The notes below the pieces were generated by a model, which worked only from the letters and a program-made list of their open reading frames with translations, made no database searches and had not been told where the DNA came from. From Gemmatimonadota bacterium (GTDB lineage Bacteria > Gemmatimonadota > Gemmatimonadetes > Palauibacterales > Palauibacteraceae): 64,000 nt of DNA. How positions within the stretch are numbered: the first letter of the stretch is position 1; each line of letters opens with the position of its first letter. Below are positions 1-9,122 of this stretch, one piece after another. The stretch is from positions 1,024,001 to 1,088,000 of the forward strand of contig OZ220691.1 in assembly GCA_965116475.1 (NCBI GenBank). The letters run 5' to 3'. A program made the position numbers and the translations under genes.

Positions 1-152
1 TCCCCGATCTCGAACGGCCAGCTCTCGGAGAAGAGGTCATCGGCCGTTTCGTCCGCGTTCCTCTGCCCGGCGAGGTCGGATGCACCCGGAATCCACGGGG
101 CCAGAAGCGCCAGACACGCCACGGCGCCGCGGCGCAGGTTTCGTCTCCGCAT
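1..152 (-). CDS. 5' part of a secreted protein, possibly DUF3108-like (runs off the left edge)
   Basis: ATG at 152, 1 nt after the GT2 stop. My translation: MRRRNLRRGAVACLALLAPWIPGASDLAGQRNADETADDLFSESWPFEIG. This is a signal peptide followed by a PFxxG motif typical of DUF3108 N-termini. Confidence 0.5.
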   Translation of the reverse strand, partial: MRRRNLRRGAVACLALLAPWIPGASDLAGQRNADETADDLFSESWPFEIG

Positions 153-153
153 G

Positions 154-903
154 TCAGGCCGCTTCGGCCATCTGCCGGCCGATCTCCCGCAGCGCGCGGT
201 CGCGGCCGGCGGCAAACAGCTGCCGGAGCTGCTCGCCGGCCCGGAAGCGGGGGTCGCGGTATCGGCGGAGGGGGTGCGGATCATGCGGAATCTCCTCGAA
301 TCTTCGTACAAACGGCCACACCTGCAGGAGCAGCGCGGCGTTGGCGGCCCAGCCTTCGTACCGCAGCAGCGGCCCGTCGCCGGCGGCGACGGCGCGTTCC
401 AGAGCGAACAACCTATATAACCGAAGCGAAGCATAAGGGTCCGTCGCGGCTGGCGCCGACAGCAGGTGACGGGCGCAGAGCCGGCCCCCGGCCCGGGTCA
501 GACGCCGGGTGAAGGGTTCGGGTTCGCCGCAGGCGACCGTGACGAGATCGGCGCCGCCGTCGAAGCGGCGAAGCATCTCCGGCAGCCGTTCGGGCGGATC
601 GGAAAAATCGCCCTGCATGGAGACGAACGCATCGCGGCGAGGATAGCCCGAGCGGCGAAGCGTCGCCCGGATCAGACGGTCGAGGCTCGCGGCATAGCCC
701 CGCCGCTCCTCGTTGCGGAACACGGTCAGCGGGAGCACCCGCGGATACCGCTCGAGCGCTTCGCCCGTCCCGTCGTCCGAGGCATCGTCGCAGACGAGCA
801 CGTGAAACTGCCGCCGCTCGCCGTAGAGCAGTTCGCGGATGCGCCACAGCAGCGGACCGATGGTCTCGCGTTCGTTGTGAACCGGAATCCCGATGTGAAT
901 CAC
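154..903 (-). CDS. Glycosyltransferase family 2
   Basis: IGIPVHNE, VCDDASDDGT, MQGDFSDPP motifs. GTG start at 903 overlaps the upstream TGA (GTGA). Confidence 0.85.
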   Translation of the reverse strand: MIHIGIPVHNERETIGPLLWRIRELLYGERRQFHVLVCDDASDDGTGEALERYPRVLPLTVFRNEERRGYAASLDRLIRATLRRSGYPRRDAFVSMQGDFSDPPERLPEMLRRFDGGADLVTVACGEPEPFTRRLTRAGGRLCARHLLSAPAATDPYASLRLYRLFALERAVAAGDGPLLRYEGWAANAALLLQVWPFVRRFEEIPHDPHPLRRYRDPRFRAGEQLRQLFAAGRDRALREIGRQMAEAA

Positions 904-1847
904 GCGCCCTCTCCGTGTTGCGCGACCCTCTTCCAGCGCCGGTGGAACCAGAAGTACTGCTCCGGCCGCCGTTCGATCTCTCTCTCCAGCGCCCGAACCC
1001 ATCCCTTCGTGACGTCGACCGGATCGCCATCGGCGCCGGATCGACCGCCGTCGATCTCTTCATGGACGATTCTGTACCCCGATGGGTCTCGAACGAGAGC
1101 CGCGAAGAAGAGAGGGACATCGGCCGCGAGACACAAACGCGCGGGAGCGAGCGACGTCCAGGCGGGGCGGCCCAGGAAGTCGATCGGGGCGCTGCCGCGC
1201 CGGGTGTGCTGGTCGGCCACCAGGGCCAGAATCCGGCCGGAGCGCAGCGCGTCGAGCGCCGGCCGCGCCGCCGCGTCGCGGTCGAGCACGTCCAGTCCGA
1301 ACCGCGCGCGCAGGTCGCGCAGCCGACGGCCGAAGGCGCCTCGCTGGCGCTGCACGACCGCCGTCACGCGCACTCCGAGGGCTCGCACGGCGGCGCCGCC
1401 GAGCTCCCAGTTGCCGAGGTGCCCGGCGACGACCACGGCGCCGCCCCGCTCCGCGATCGCGCTGCGCAGGCGCGGGCCCAGGCCGGCCTCGTCGACAACG
1501 CGCGACAGGGTCCGCTCGACCCGGGGCGGCCCACCCATGAGGAGCGCGGCCTCCCGGCCGAAGTGGCGGTAGCAGGCGCGAGCCGTGTCGCGCACCCAGT
1601 GCGGCGTCGCGGCAGGGAAGCTCGCGGCGATCTGGGCGTCGACCACGCGGCGGCGCAGGCGGAGCGGGTCGCGGCACAGCGCCCCGAGCGCGCGTCCGGC
1701 CGCGAGCGCCACCGGTTCCGGCGCCGCCCGCAGCCCGAGATGCAGGCCGGTCACTCCACCGTCCACGAGCACATCCGCGAGCTGTCGACCGGCGCCCTGT
1801 CCGCCGGCCCGGCCGGCCCGGCCGGTCCGGCTCGCCTGGCCGTTCAC
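900..1847 (-). CDS. Lipid A late acyltransferase-like (LpxL/HtrB family) lysophospholipid acyltransferase
   Basis: GHLGNWE (HxxxxE), LVADQ, PEQYFWFHRRWK motifs. Confidence 0.9.
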   Translation of the reverse strand: MNGQASRTGRAGRAGGQGAGRQLADVLVDGGVTGLHLGLRAAPEPVALAAGRALGALCRDPLRLRRRVVDAQIAASFPAATPHWVRDTARACYRHFGREAALLMGGPPRVERTLSRVVDEAGLGPRLRSAIAERGGAVVVAGHLGNWELGGAAVRALGVRVTAVVQRQRGAFGRRLRDLRARFGLDVLDRDAAARPALDALRSGRILALVADQHTRRGSAPIDFLGRPAWTSLAPARLCLAADVPLFFAALVRDPSGYRIVHEEIDGGRSGADGDPVDVTKGWVRALEREIERRPEQYFWFHRRWKRVAQHGEGA

Positions 1848-3679
1848 GGTTGCGAGACGCGTTCGAGCTGGTGGCCGAAGAGCCGGCGGTACGGCCCGCC
1901 GCGAGAGACGAGCGCGTCATGGCGGCCGGCGTCCACAAGCCGCCCGCGCTCGAGGACGAAGATCCGGTCGGCCTCGCGCACCGTGGAGAGCCGGTGGGCG
2001 ACCACGATCACCGTGCGGCCGCGAAAGCCCTCCGCCGCCGCCCTAAGCGCCGTCTCCGTCTCCGCGTCCACGGCCGACGTGGCTTCGTCCAGGATGAGGA
2101 TCGGCGGATCGCGGAAGAGCGCGCGCGCAATCCCGATGCGCTGGCGCTGGCCCGTCGACAGGCGCACGCCGCGGTCGCCGAGTACCGTGTCGTAGCCGTC
2201 GGGCAGCGCCGCGATGAAGCCGTGCGCCCCGGCTGTCCGTGCCGCCGCTTCGACCGCCGCGCGGTCCGGCGCGTCCTCCCCGTAGGCGATGTTCGCCGCC
2301 GCCGTGTCGTGGAAGAGCACGGCCTCCTGCCCCACGAGACCGGTGAGCCGGCGGAGGGAGTCCACCGAGAACTCCCGGATGTCCGTCCCATCGATCGTGA
2401 CCCGCCCCGCCTGCGGGTCCGCAAACCTCGGCAGCAGGTCGACCAGGGTGGATTTCCCGCTCCCCGACGCCCCGACGATGGCGACGACCGACCCACGCGG
2501 GATGACGAGGTCGACGCCTCGCAGCGCCGCCCGGCCCCGCTCGTACGCGAAGCTGACACCCTCGTAGCGGATCTCCCGTTCCGGACCCGCCGCGATCCGC
2601 GACCCCCCGGCCGGCTCAGGCTCCTGATCGAGGATCTCGAAGAAACGATCGGCCGCGGCGAGTCCCTGCGCGGCGATGGCCGGATACTGCGCAAACCCCT
2701 TCACGGGCGAGATGGCGCGCAGTGCAATGGTCACGAAGGCGACGAACTGCTCGGGCGCGATCGACCCGTCGCTCCCCACGAACGACGCCCCGATCCAGAC
2801 GAGTCCGAGCGCCACGACGGACGCGAGCGTTTCGGACAGGGGCGAGGCGAGGTGCCGGGTCGTGGCCGCCGCGATCCGCCTGCGGCTGAAGGCATCCGAA
2901 CGGCGCCGAAAGCGCTTCTCCTCGAAGTCCTCGGCCACGTTCGACTTCACGAGCCGCACCGCGCCCAGCGATTCCTGCAGCGCCGCGACAAGTTCGCCGT
3001 GGTCGTCCCACGTGCGGCGGAACCTCTCACGCAGCCGCCCGAGCAGCGGCCGCAGGCCGAGCCACACGAGCGGCACCAGGATGACGGCGATCAGCGCCAG
3101 CCTCCACGAGAGCGCGAACAGCGCCACGGCGTAGGCCGCGAGGGTCGCCGCCTGGCGCACGGCCTGCGCGAGCGCGTCCGTCACGACGGGCTTCGCCTCC
3201 CCCGCGTCCGCGATCACGCGCGCGATCAACTGTCCCGCCTTCCCGCGCTCGAAGAAGGCGAGCGGCAGACGCTGCAGGTGCGCGTGCACGGCGTCGCGCA
3301 CGTCGCGGACGAGGAACTCCTGCGTGCGGATCGAGAGCGCCCGCCCCCCGACGACGCAGAGGTTCTTGAGGAGGAGGGCGGCCAGCACCAGCACGCACAC
3401 GGCCCGCAACCCGTCCAGCCCCGCCTCCGGGCCGAGCCACCCCCCCGCGACGGCGTCGATGAAGCGCTCCGCCGCGTTCCGTCCGCCCTCGGGCAGCGGA
3501 GATCCCATGCCGAAGAGCGAGCGGAGGAACGGGATGAGCAGGAGGAGGCTGAACGCCTCGAGTCCGGCCGCGAGCACGCCGAGCGTCAGGCTCGCGAGGA
3601 AGGTCCAGCGATAGGGACGCAGGAACCGGAGCAGCCGCCGATACGACGAGGCGCCCCCCCCGTTCCGCCCCGGGCTCAT
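1844..3679 (-). CDS. MsbA-like ABC exporter (fused TMD and NBD)
   Basis: N-terminal TM segments, Walker A GASGSGKST, LSTGQRQR signature, ILDEATSAVD, VAHRLST; LPS gene context. Confidence 0.88.
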   Translation of the reverse strand: MSPGRNGGGASSYRRLLRFLRPYRWTFLASLTLGVLAAGLEAFSLLLLIPFLRSLFGMGSPLPEGGRNAAERFIDAVAGGWLGPEAGLDGLRAVCVLVLAALLLKNLCVVGGRALSIRTQEFLVRDVRDAVHAHLQRLPLAFFERGKAGQLIARVIADAGEAKPVVTDALAQAVRQAATLAAYAVALFALSWRLALIAVILVPLVWLGLRPLLGRLRERFRRTWDDHGELVAALQESLGAVRLVKSNVAEDFEEKRFRRRSDAFSRRRIAAATTRHLASPLSETLASVVALGLVWIGASFVGSDGSIAPEQFVAFVTIALRAISPVKGFAQYPAIAAQGLAAADRFFEILDQEPEPAGGSRIAAGPEREIRYEGVSFAYERGRAALRGVDLVIPRGSVVAIVGASGSGKSTLVDLLPRFADPQAGRVTIDGTDIREFSVDSLRRLTGLVGQEAVLFHDTAAANIAYGEDAPDRAAVEAAARTAGAHGFIAALPDGYDTVLGDRGVRLSTGQRQRIGIARALFRDPPILILDEATSAVDAETETALRAAAEGFRGRTVIVVAHRLSTVREADRIFVLERGRLVDAGRHDALVSRGGPYRRLFGHQLERVSQP

Positions 3680-3683
3680 CGGG

Positions 3684-5258
3684 TCACCGCGGCGTCAGCA
3701 GCGCGGCCGGAAGTACCATCTCGTCGGGGCTCACGCCGCCGTGCAGGAAACTGTCCCGGTACCGATTCTGGTATTCCCGCAGCCTCGTCGGATAGACGAA
3801 GAAGTAGTCCTCGCGGCAGAGGGCGAAGGTCTTGTTCATCCCGCCGGGAGGGAGCCGCCATTCGTCCGCGTCCGACGTCGACATGACGGCGGCCGGGTTC
3901 TCCACCTTCATGTCGTTGCCGATCTTGTAGCGCAGGCTCGTGGACGCGTCGCGTCCGGCGTAGATCGTGGCGGGCCGCCGGCAGTGAATCGAACCGTGGT
4001 CCGTCGTGAGGAGGACCCGGACCCCCCGCTGCGCGGCCAGCCGCAGCGCCTTCAGCGCCGGCGAACGCTCGAACCAGGTCACCGTGAGCGAGCGCAGCGC
4101 GCTGCTGTCCTGCGCCATCTCCCAGATCAGGCGCGACCGTGCCCTCCCGTGCGTGAGCATGTCCACGAACCCGAACACGAGCGCCGTGGCCGAGGGAGAC
4201 GACAGGTAGCCGCCGAGCCGTGCCAGCATGGGCTCGCTCTCCTGGGCCGAGAAGATCTTCTCGTAGTGCACGGGGATCCGCGACGCGGTCAGTTGGTGGA
4301 TATGCCGCTCGAAGAGTTCATCCTCGAAGGAGTTGTAGCCGATCTCGCTCCCCCGCTCCCACCACTCCGGACGACGCTCGGCGAGTTCGTCCGCGAAGAT
4401 GCCTCCGAAGATGGCGTTGCGCGCGAACGGGGTCGCGGTGGGCAGCAGACCCGCGTAGAGCGCCTCCTCGATCTCGAAGTACTCGCTGACGATGGGGAGG
4501 ACGGCCCGCCACTGGTCCAGCCGCATGCAGTCCATCACGACGAGCAGCGCCGCCGGATCCTCGTCGAGGATCGGTCTGAAGAAGCGGGACAGCACGTCCA
4601 CCGAGAGGGTCGGCCCCCGCTCGCCGCCCTCGTGTACCCACTCTCCGTACCGGTCCGCCACGAGGTCGCAGAAACCGCGGCTCAGGTCGGTGTGCAGCCC
4701 GCCAAGGATCTCGCGCAGGCCCAATTCGCCGGCCTCCTCCAGCTTCAGGTCCCAGTCGACGAGTTCCGAGTACAGGTCGGCCCAGTCCCGCCACGAAGCC
4801 GCCGTGGAGACGCGTTCCCGCAACTCGCCGAAGCGGCGCGAGAAATCGCGCGTGATGTGCTCGTGGCGCAGGGCCGGGCCCGCGAGGAGCCGCGTCACGA
4901 CCGACAGCACTTGCCGGGGGCTCGTCGGCTTGACGATGTAGTCGTCCGCTCGCCGCCCGATCGCCTCGTGCATGGTCGATTCTTCTTCGCTCTTCGTGAC
5001 CATCACCACGGGGAGGCGCGGGGCGGAACTCCGGATGCGGTCGAGAACCTCGATCCCGCGCAGCCCCGGCATCCGCTCATCCAGCAGTACGAGATCGTAG
5101 GAAGCCGCGGTCAGGAGTTCCATCGCGTCCTGGCCGTTCATCACGGCATCGACGTGATATCCCGAGGACCGCAGCAGCATGAGGTGCGGACGCAGCAGGT
5201 CGACTTCGTCGTCCACCCACAGGATCCGGCCCGCCACGGTCTTCGTCCCTTCGGTCAT
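3684..5258 (-). CDS. PorX-like response regulator: receiver domain plus PglZ/alkaline-phosphatase-superfamily domain
   Basis: Receiver: ILWVDDE, LLDERMPG, YIVKP. PglZ: VMDCMR, PTATPFARNAIF, FVDMLTH, TTDHG, HGGVSPDEM. Confidence 0.88.
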   Translation of the reverse strand: MTEGTKTVAGRILWVDDEVDLLRPHLMLLRSSGYHVDAVMNGQDAMELLTAASYDLVLLDERMPGLRGIEVLDRIRSSAPRLPVVMVTKSEEESTMHEAIGRRADDYIVKPTSPRQVLSVVTRLLAGPALRHEHITRDFSRRFGELRERVSTAASWRDWADLYSELVDWDLKLEEAGELGLREILGGLHTDLSRGFCDLVADRYGEWVHEGGERGPTLSVDVLSRFFRPILDEDPAALLVVMDCMRLDQWRAVLPIVSEYFEIEEALYAGLLPTATPFARNAIFGGIFADELAERRPEWWERGSEIGYNSFEDELFERHIHQLTASRIPVHYEKIFSAQESEPMLARLGGYLSSPSATALVFGFVDMLTHGRARSRLIWEMAQDSSALRSLTVTWFERSPALKALRLAAQRGVRVLLTTDHGSIHCRRPATIYAGRDASTSLRYKIGNDMKVENPAAVMSTSDADEWRLPPGGMNKTFALCREDYFFVYPTRLREYQNRYRDSFLHGGVSPDEMVLPAALLTPR

Positions 5259-5268
5259 GTGCCGCCTT

Positions 5269-6330
5269 TCAGGTGTTCAGGTACGAGCGGATGGCCCGCT
5301 CCAGCTTAAGCACGACGTCCTCGGCGCGGATCCTCGACATGCGTCCCCGCCGGGTGGCCCGGGACGGCATCCGCTCGCCATCGGAGCCGGCCGGGCCGTG
5401 AAACCGGTCCACCGTGAGATCCGCGAACCGTCCGTAGGGACCGCTGCGCCCGGGGTCCGTGAACCCGTACAGTCCGATGGTCGGCGTCCCCAGCGCCACC
5501 GCCATGTGCAGAGGACCCGTGTCCGGCGCCAGCACGAGATCGCTCGCCGAGAGCCGGCCCGCCAACTCCCTCAGCGTCCCACCCAGCGCGATGCGCGGCG
5601 GGCTCCCGCACAATCTCCCGAGGCGGCGGGCATCCCGCAGTTCGGCCTCGGAGTCTCCTCCCAGGAGAACGGGCTGCAGGCCCAGATCGCCGGCCGCCAC
5701 ATCGATTACCCGCGCCGTCCCCTCGAGGGTCCAGTTTCTCCGGGGGTTGGAACTCCGCGGTACGACCGCAAGCACCGGGCGCGAGAACGTCTCCCGCCAC
5801 CGCGCCGCAACCCGCCGTTCGTCCCCGGTGAAATGAAACTGCCACTCCAGGCGCCGCGGGACGCCGAGATGATCGAGGAACTCGAACAGTTCGTCCTGAA
5901 TGTGGGCCACGGGAGCCGGCGGGATGCGGCGGTTGGTGGCCATCCAGCTCAGGTCGCGGGCGCGCGCGCGATCGTGGCCGAGGCGCTCCGGAGCGCGCAG
6001 CAGGCGCGTGACCATCCCTCCCTTGAAGTTCGGCTGCAGACAGATGACGAGATCGAACGTTTCGGCCGCCACCTCGCGCCGAAAGCGGGAATAGGCGCGC
6101 GCGCCGAGCCGCCGGTGAAAGAGCAGGATCCGGTCCACATCCGGCCGGCCGGCCATCAGCCCGGCCGGGCCCGGCTGCAGCACCCAGGTGATGTGGGCGC
6201 CGGGCCACGCCCGCCGGAGGGACGCGACGATGGGCATCCCCTGGACGGTGCTCCCCACCGCGCTCATGAGCACGATGGCGACCCGGCGCGGCGGAGCGCC
6301 CGCGCCCGGCGGGGATCTATCGGGCGGCAT
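5269..6330 (-). CDS. Glycosyltransferase family 9 (LPS heptosyltransferase-like)
   Basis: MSAVGS, DTGPLHMAVALGTPTIGLYG motifs. Confidence 0.9.
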   Translation of the reverse strand: MPPDRSPPGAGAPPRRVAIVLMSAVGSTVQGMPIVASLRRAWPGAHITWVLQPGPAGLMAGRPDVDRILLFHRRLGARAYSRFRREVAAETFDLVICLQPNFKGGMVTRLLRAPERLGHDRARARDLSWMATNRRIPPAPVAHIQDELFEFLDHLGVPRRLEWQFHFTGDERRVAARWRETFSRPVLAVVPRSSNPRRNWTLEGTARVIDVAAGDLGLQPVLLGGDSEAELRDARRLGRLCGSPPRIALGGTLRELAGRLSASDLVLAPDTGPLHMAVALGTPTIGLYGFTDPGRSGPYGRFADLTVDRFHGPAGSDGERMPSRATRRGRMSRIRAEDVVLKLERAIRSYLNT

Positions 6331-6400
6331 CCCGGTACAGAAGTTGGCGGACCGCGACGAACCCGCGGGGCAGAACCGGCCTCAAAAAGACCCGCCCGGG

Positions 6401-6429
6401 CTGACAACGGCCCCAAAACACAGTAATCT
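6401..6429 (+). promoter_or_regulatory. Putative sigma70 promoter of lptF (probably leaderless transcript)
   Basis: CTGACA-N17-TAATCT; the ATG at 6437 follows the -10 after 7 nt. Confidence 0.45.
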
Positions 6430-6436
6430 CGGGGCG

Positions 6437-7963
6437 ATGCGAACTCTCACCCGCTATATCCTGAGCCGTCACGCCGGGCCGTTCATCTTCGCCGTCATCG
6501 GCACCACGGTGCTGCTCCTCCTCGACCAGGTGAGCAAGCGCTTCAAGCATCTCATCGGCAAGGACCTCGAGTGGGCGGTGATCGCCGAGGTGTTCGTCTA
6601 TTCGATCCCCTTCATCCTCGCCCAGACCCTGCCGATGGCCGTGCTCATCGCGGTCCTGTACGTGTTCAGCCGGATGGAGGGCGACTTCGAGATCACCGCC
6701 GTCAAGGCGAGCGGCATCCCCCTGTCGCGCGTGATGGCTCCGCTCCTCGTCTGCGCCGTCATTCTGGCGGGCGGAATGACCTGGTTCAACAACACGATCC
6801 TGCCGCAGTCGAATCATCACCTGCAGGTGCTGCTCACGGGGATCGGCCGCAAGAAGCCGACCTTCAACCTTCGGGAACATACGATCAACGCGGTGCTCCC
6901 GTCGTACGTCTATGTGCACCCCGGCATGATCGACCGGGAGGAGAGCGTGGTGCACGACGTCGCGATCTACGATGAGCGGAACGGCCAGGAGAGCCGCTCC
7001 ATCTATGCGACCCGCGGGACGATGGGCTTCTCGGAGGAGGGCGAAGACCTCTACTTCGACCTCGAGGACGGCGTCGTCCAGGTGCGCATGAACGAGCGCC
7101 CGCACGCCTTCCGGCGCATCGCCTTCGAGCGGATGCTGCTCAAGATCCCGGATGTGGCGAACGGGCTCGAGCGCGATACCGCAGCCGATCGTGGCGACCG
7201 CGAGATGAACATCGCCGACATGCGCGTGGAGGCGGATCGCGGCGCGCAGATGGCGGACGCGGCGCGCTCGGAGAGCCTCGTGTACGCGCAGGCGATCACC
7301 CGCATGCTGCTCGACTTCGAGCAACCTCTCGCGGACGCGCCGGTTTCCAGGCCGGCCGACCGCGCCACCCCTCCGGGGGGCGACCCCCCCGACTGGCGGG
7401 ATGACATCGCCGACCCGAAACGCGACGTCTTCGGCCGCAGAGACGATCTCCGCGACCGGCAAGACGATCTCCGCGACCGGCAAGACGGCCTCTCCGCGAC
7501 ACCGGGCGGGCCCGCGCGAGGCGAGATCGAGCCGGGACCCGCGCAGGAGGCCGCCGCGCCGGACTCCACGACGCAGGTCGCCGAGAGCGCGGCCCGCCGC
7601 TTCTACTCCGCCTCCGATGCGGCGAACCAGTTCCAGTCCTACGCCGAGCGCGAGGTCAGGGGCCTTCGCCGAATCAACCAGTACTGGGTCGAGATTCACA
7701 AGAAGGGGACGATCCCGGCCGCGTGCATCGTCTTCGTCCTCCTCGGCGCTCCGATCGCCGTCCGGTTCCCGCGCGGCGGCGTGGCGCTCGTCGTCGGGGT
7801 CAGCCTGGGCATCTTCGGAGCGTACTACGTCTCGCTCATCGGGGGCGAGCGACTCGCCGACCGCCTCTGGATCTCGCCGCTCTGGGCCATGTGGGCCCCG
7901 AACGTCATCTTCGGCGCTGCCGGGCTCGTGGCCCTGGCGCGCTCCACCAAGGTGATGCGCTGA
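6437..7963 (+). CDS. lptF: LPS export ABC permease LptF, with a long low-complexity insertion
   Basis: MRTLTRYIL start, TLPMAVLIA, EITAVKASGI, VEIHKK...PAACIVFVLLGAP, WAPNVIF. Confidence 0.85.
   Translation: MRTLTRYILSRHAGPFIFAVIGTTVLLLLDQVSKRFKHLIGKDLEWAVIAEVFVYSIPFILAQTLPMAVLIAVLYVFSRMEGDFEITAVKASGIPLSRVMAPLLVCAVILAGGMTWFNNTILPQSNHHLQVLLTGIGRKKPTFNLREHTINAVLPSYVYVHPGMIDREESVVHDVAIYDERNGQESRSIYATRGTMGFSEEGEDLYFDLEDGVVQVRMNERPHAFRRIAFERMLLKIPDVANGLERDTAADRGDREMNIADMRVEADRGAQMADAARSESLVYAQAITRMLLDFEQPLADAPVSRPADRATPPGGDPPDWRDDIADPKRDVFGRRDDLRDRQDDLRDRQDGLSATPGGPARGEIEPGPAQEAAAPDSTTQVAESAARRFYSASDAANQFQSYAEREVRGLRRINQYWVEIHKKGTIPAACIVFVLLGAPIAVRFPRGGVALVVGVSLGIFGAYYVSLIGGERLADRLWISPLWAMWAPNVIFGAAGLVALARSTKVMR
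7441..7500 (+). repeat. 21-bp intragenic tandem repeat (2 exact copies plus 1 degenerate) encoding DDLRDRQ
   Basis: agacgatctccgcgaccggca at 7441 and 7462, then agacggcctctccgcgac. Confidence 0.9.
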
Positions 7964-7967
7964 CGCC

Positions 7968-9044
7968 GTGAAGCTGCTCGACCGGTACGTCCTTTCCCAG
8001 TTCCTGAGGATCTTCGCGGCCTGTGCGCTCGGCGTGCCTTTCCTCTTCATGGTCATCGACATCGCCGACAACCTCGACCGCTTCCTCGACCAGGGGTCGA
8101 CCTGGTCGCAGATCATCCTCCACTACATGTACGGGTTCCCATACCATTCGCTGCTCGGATTTCCGATCGCCGTCCTGCTCGGATCCGTGTTCACGGTGGC
8201 CTCCATGTCCCGGAACTTCGAGGTCGCGGCCGCCAAAGCGGGCGGCGTTTCCTTCTACCGGCTCGCCTTCCCGATTCTCTGCGGCGCCACGCTGCTCAGC
8301 TTCGTCGCGCTCGGTCTCACGGAACTCGTCGCCGTGACGACGCGGGAATCGGCGGAAGTCCTCGAGCAGGAGGAGGTCCGCAGCCAGACGATCCGGAACT
8401 CCTTCGTCTACCGGGGCGACGACGGCCTCGTGTACAAGGCGCGGCTGCTCGACACGCGCGAGGGCCGGATGGACGACGTGCAGATCGAGCGGAGGGGATC
8501 GGAACCCGACTTCCCCACCATCCACATCACGGCCAACGTCGCGCGGTACGACTCGGCGTCCGCTCGCTGGGTGCTCCAGCAGGGGTGGATGCGGGAGTTC
8601 CGTGGCCCGGAGGAGGAGACCGCCTTCGAGTTCGCCGAACTGTTCGTGCGGCAACTGGACGAAACGCCCGAGGAGTTGCAGGCCAGACCCAAGGAGCCGG
8701 ACGAGATGCGCTACGCGGAACTTGGGCGCCTCATCGAGTCCGTCGAACGGTCGGGCGGCACGACGAACGGGCTCAGGACCTCCCGCGCGCAGCGCATCGC
8801 CTTCCCCTTCGCGTGCCTCGTGATCGCCGTGTTCGGGATACCGCTCGCGCAGAGCAACAAACGGGGTGGCGCGCCGACCTCGATCGGAATCGCGCTCGGG
8901 ACGACGATCCTCTTCCTGACCCTGATCCGTATCGCCGAAGCGATGGGCGCCGGAGGGGCGCTGTCGCCGGTGGCGGCGGCCGGGCTGCCCAACGGCATCT
9001 TCTTCGGTGCCGGCCTCCTGCTCTTCGCGAAACTGCGTACGTAG
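7968..9044 (+). CDS. lptG: LPS export ABC permease LptG
   Basis: KLLDRYVL, EVAAAKAGGVS, RIAFPFACLV, GLPN; follows lptF directly. Confidence 0.85.
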   Translation: MKLLDRYVLSQFLRIFAACALGVPFLFMVIDIADNLDRFLDQGSTWSQIILHYMYGFPYHSLLGFPIAVLLGSVFTVASMSRNFEVAAAKAGGVSFYRLAFPILCGATLLSFVALGLTELVAVTTRESAEVLEQEEVRSQTIRNSFVYRGDDGLVYKARLLDTREGRMDDVQIERRGSEPDFPTIHITANVARYDSASARWVLQQGWMREFRGPEEETAFEFAELFVRQLDETPEELQARPKEPDEMRYAELGRLIESVERSGGTTNGLRTSRAQRIAFPFACLVIAVFGIPLAQSNKRGGAPTSIGIALGTTILFLTLIRIAEAMGAGGALSPVAAAGLPNGIFFGAGLLLFAKLRT

Positions 9045-9060
9045 CCTGCCGGCGCGGACC

Positions 9061-9122
9061 GGCAGTGGCTAGCGGGGCAGTGGCTAGCGGGGCAGTGGCT
9101 AGCGGGGCAGTGGCTAGCGGGG
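9061..9122. repeat. 15-bp tandem repeat x4 spanning the gmd stop codon
   Basis: (ggcagtggctagcgg)x4; on the minus strand there is a TAG at 9116, 9101, 9086 and 9071. Confidence 0.95.

Noticed and set aside
3684-5258. PglZ domain as evidence of a BREX defence system
   Set aside because: It is fused to a receiver domain (PorX architecture), and no brxC, pglX or brxL genes are nearby.
9061-9122. Tandem repeats (also 41461-41531 and 43661-43705) as a CRISPR array
   Set aside because: Units are 9-18 bp, directly adjacent, with no unique spacers and no cas genes.
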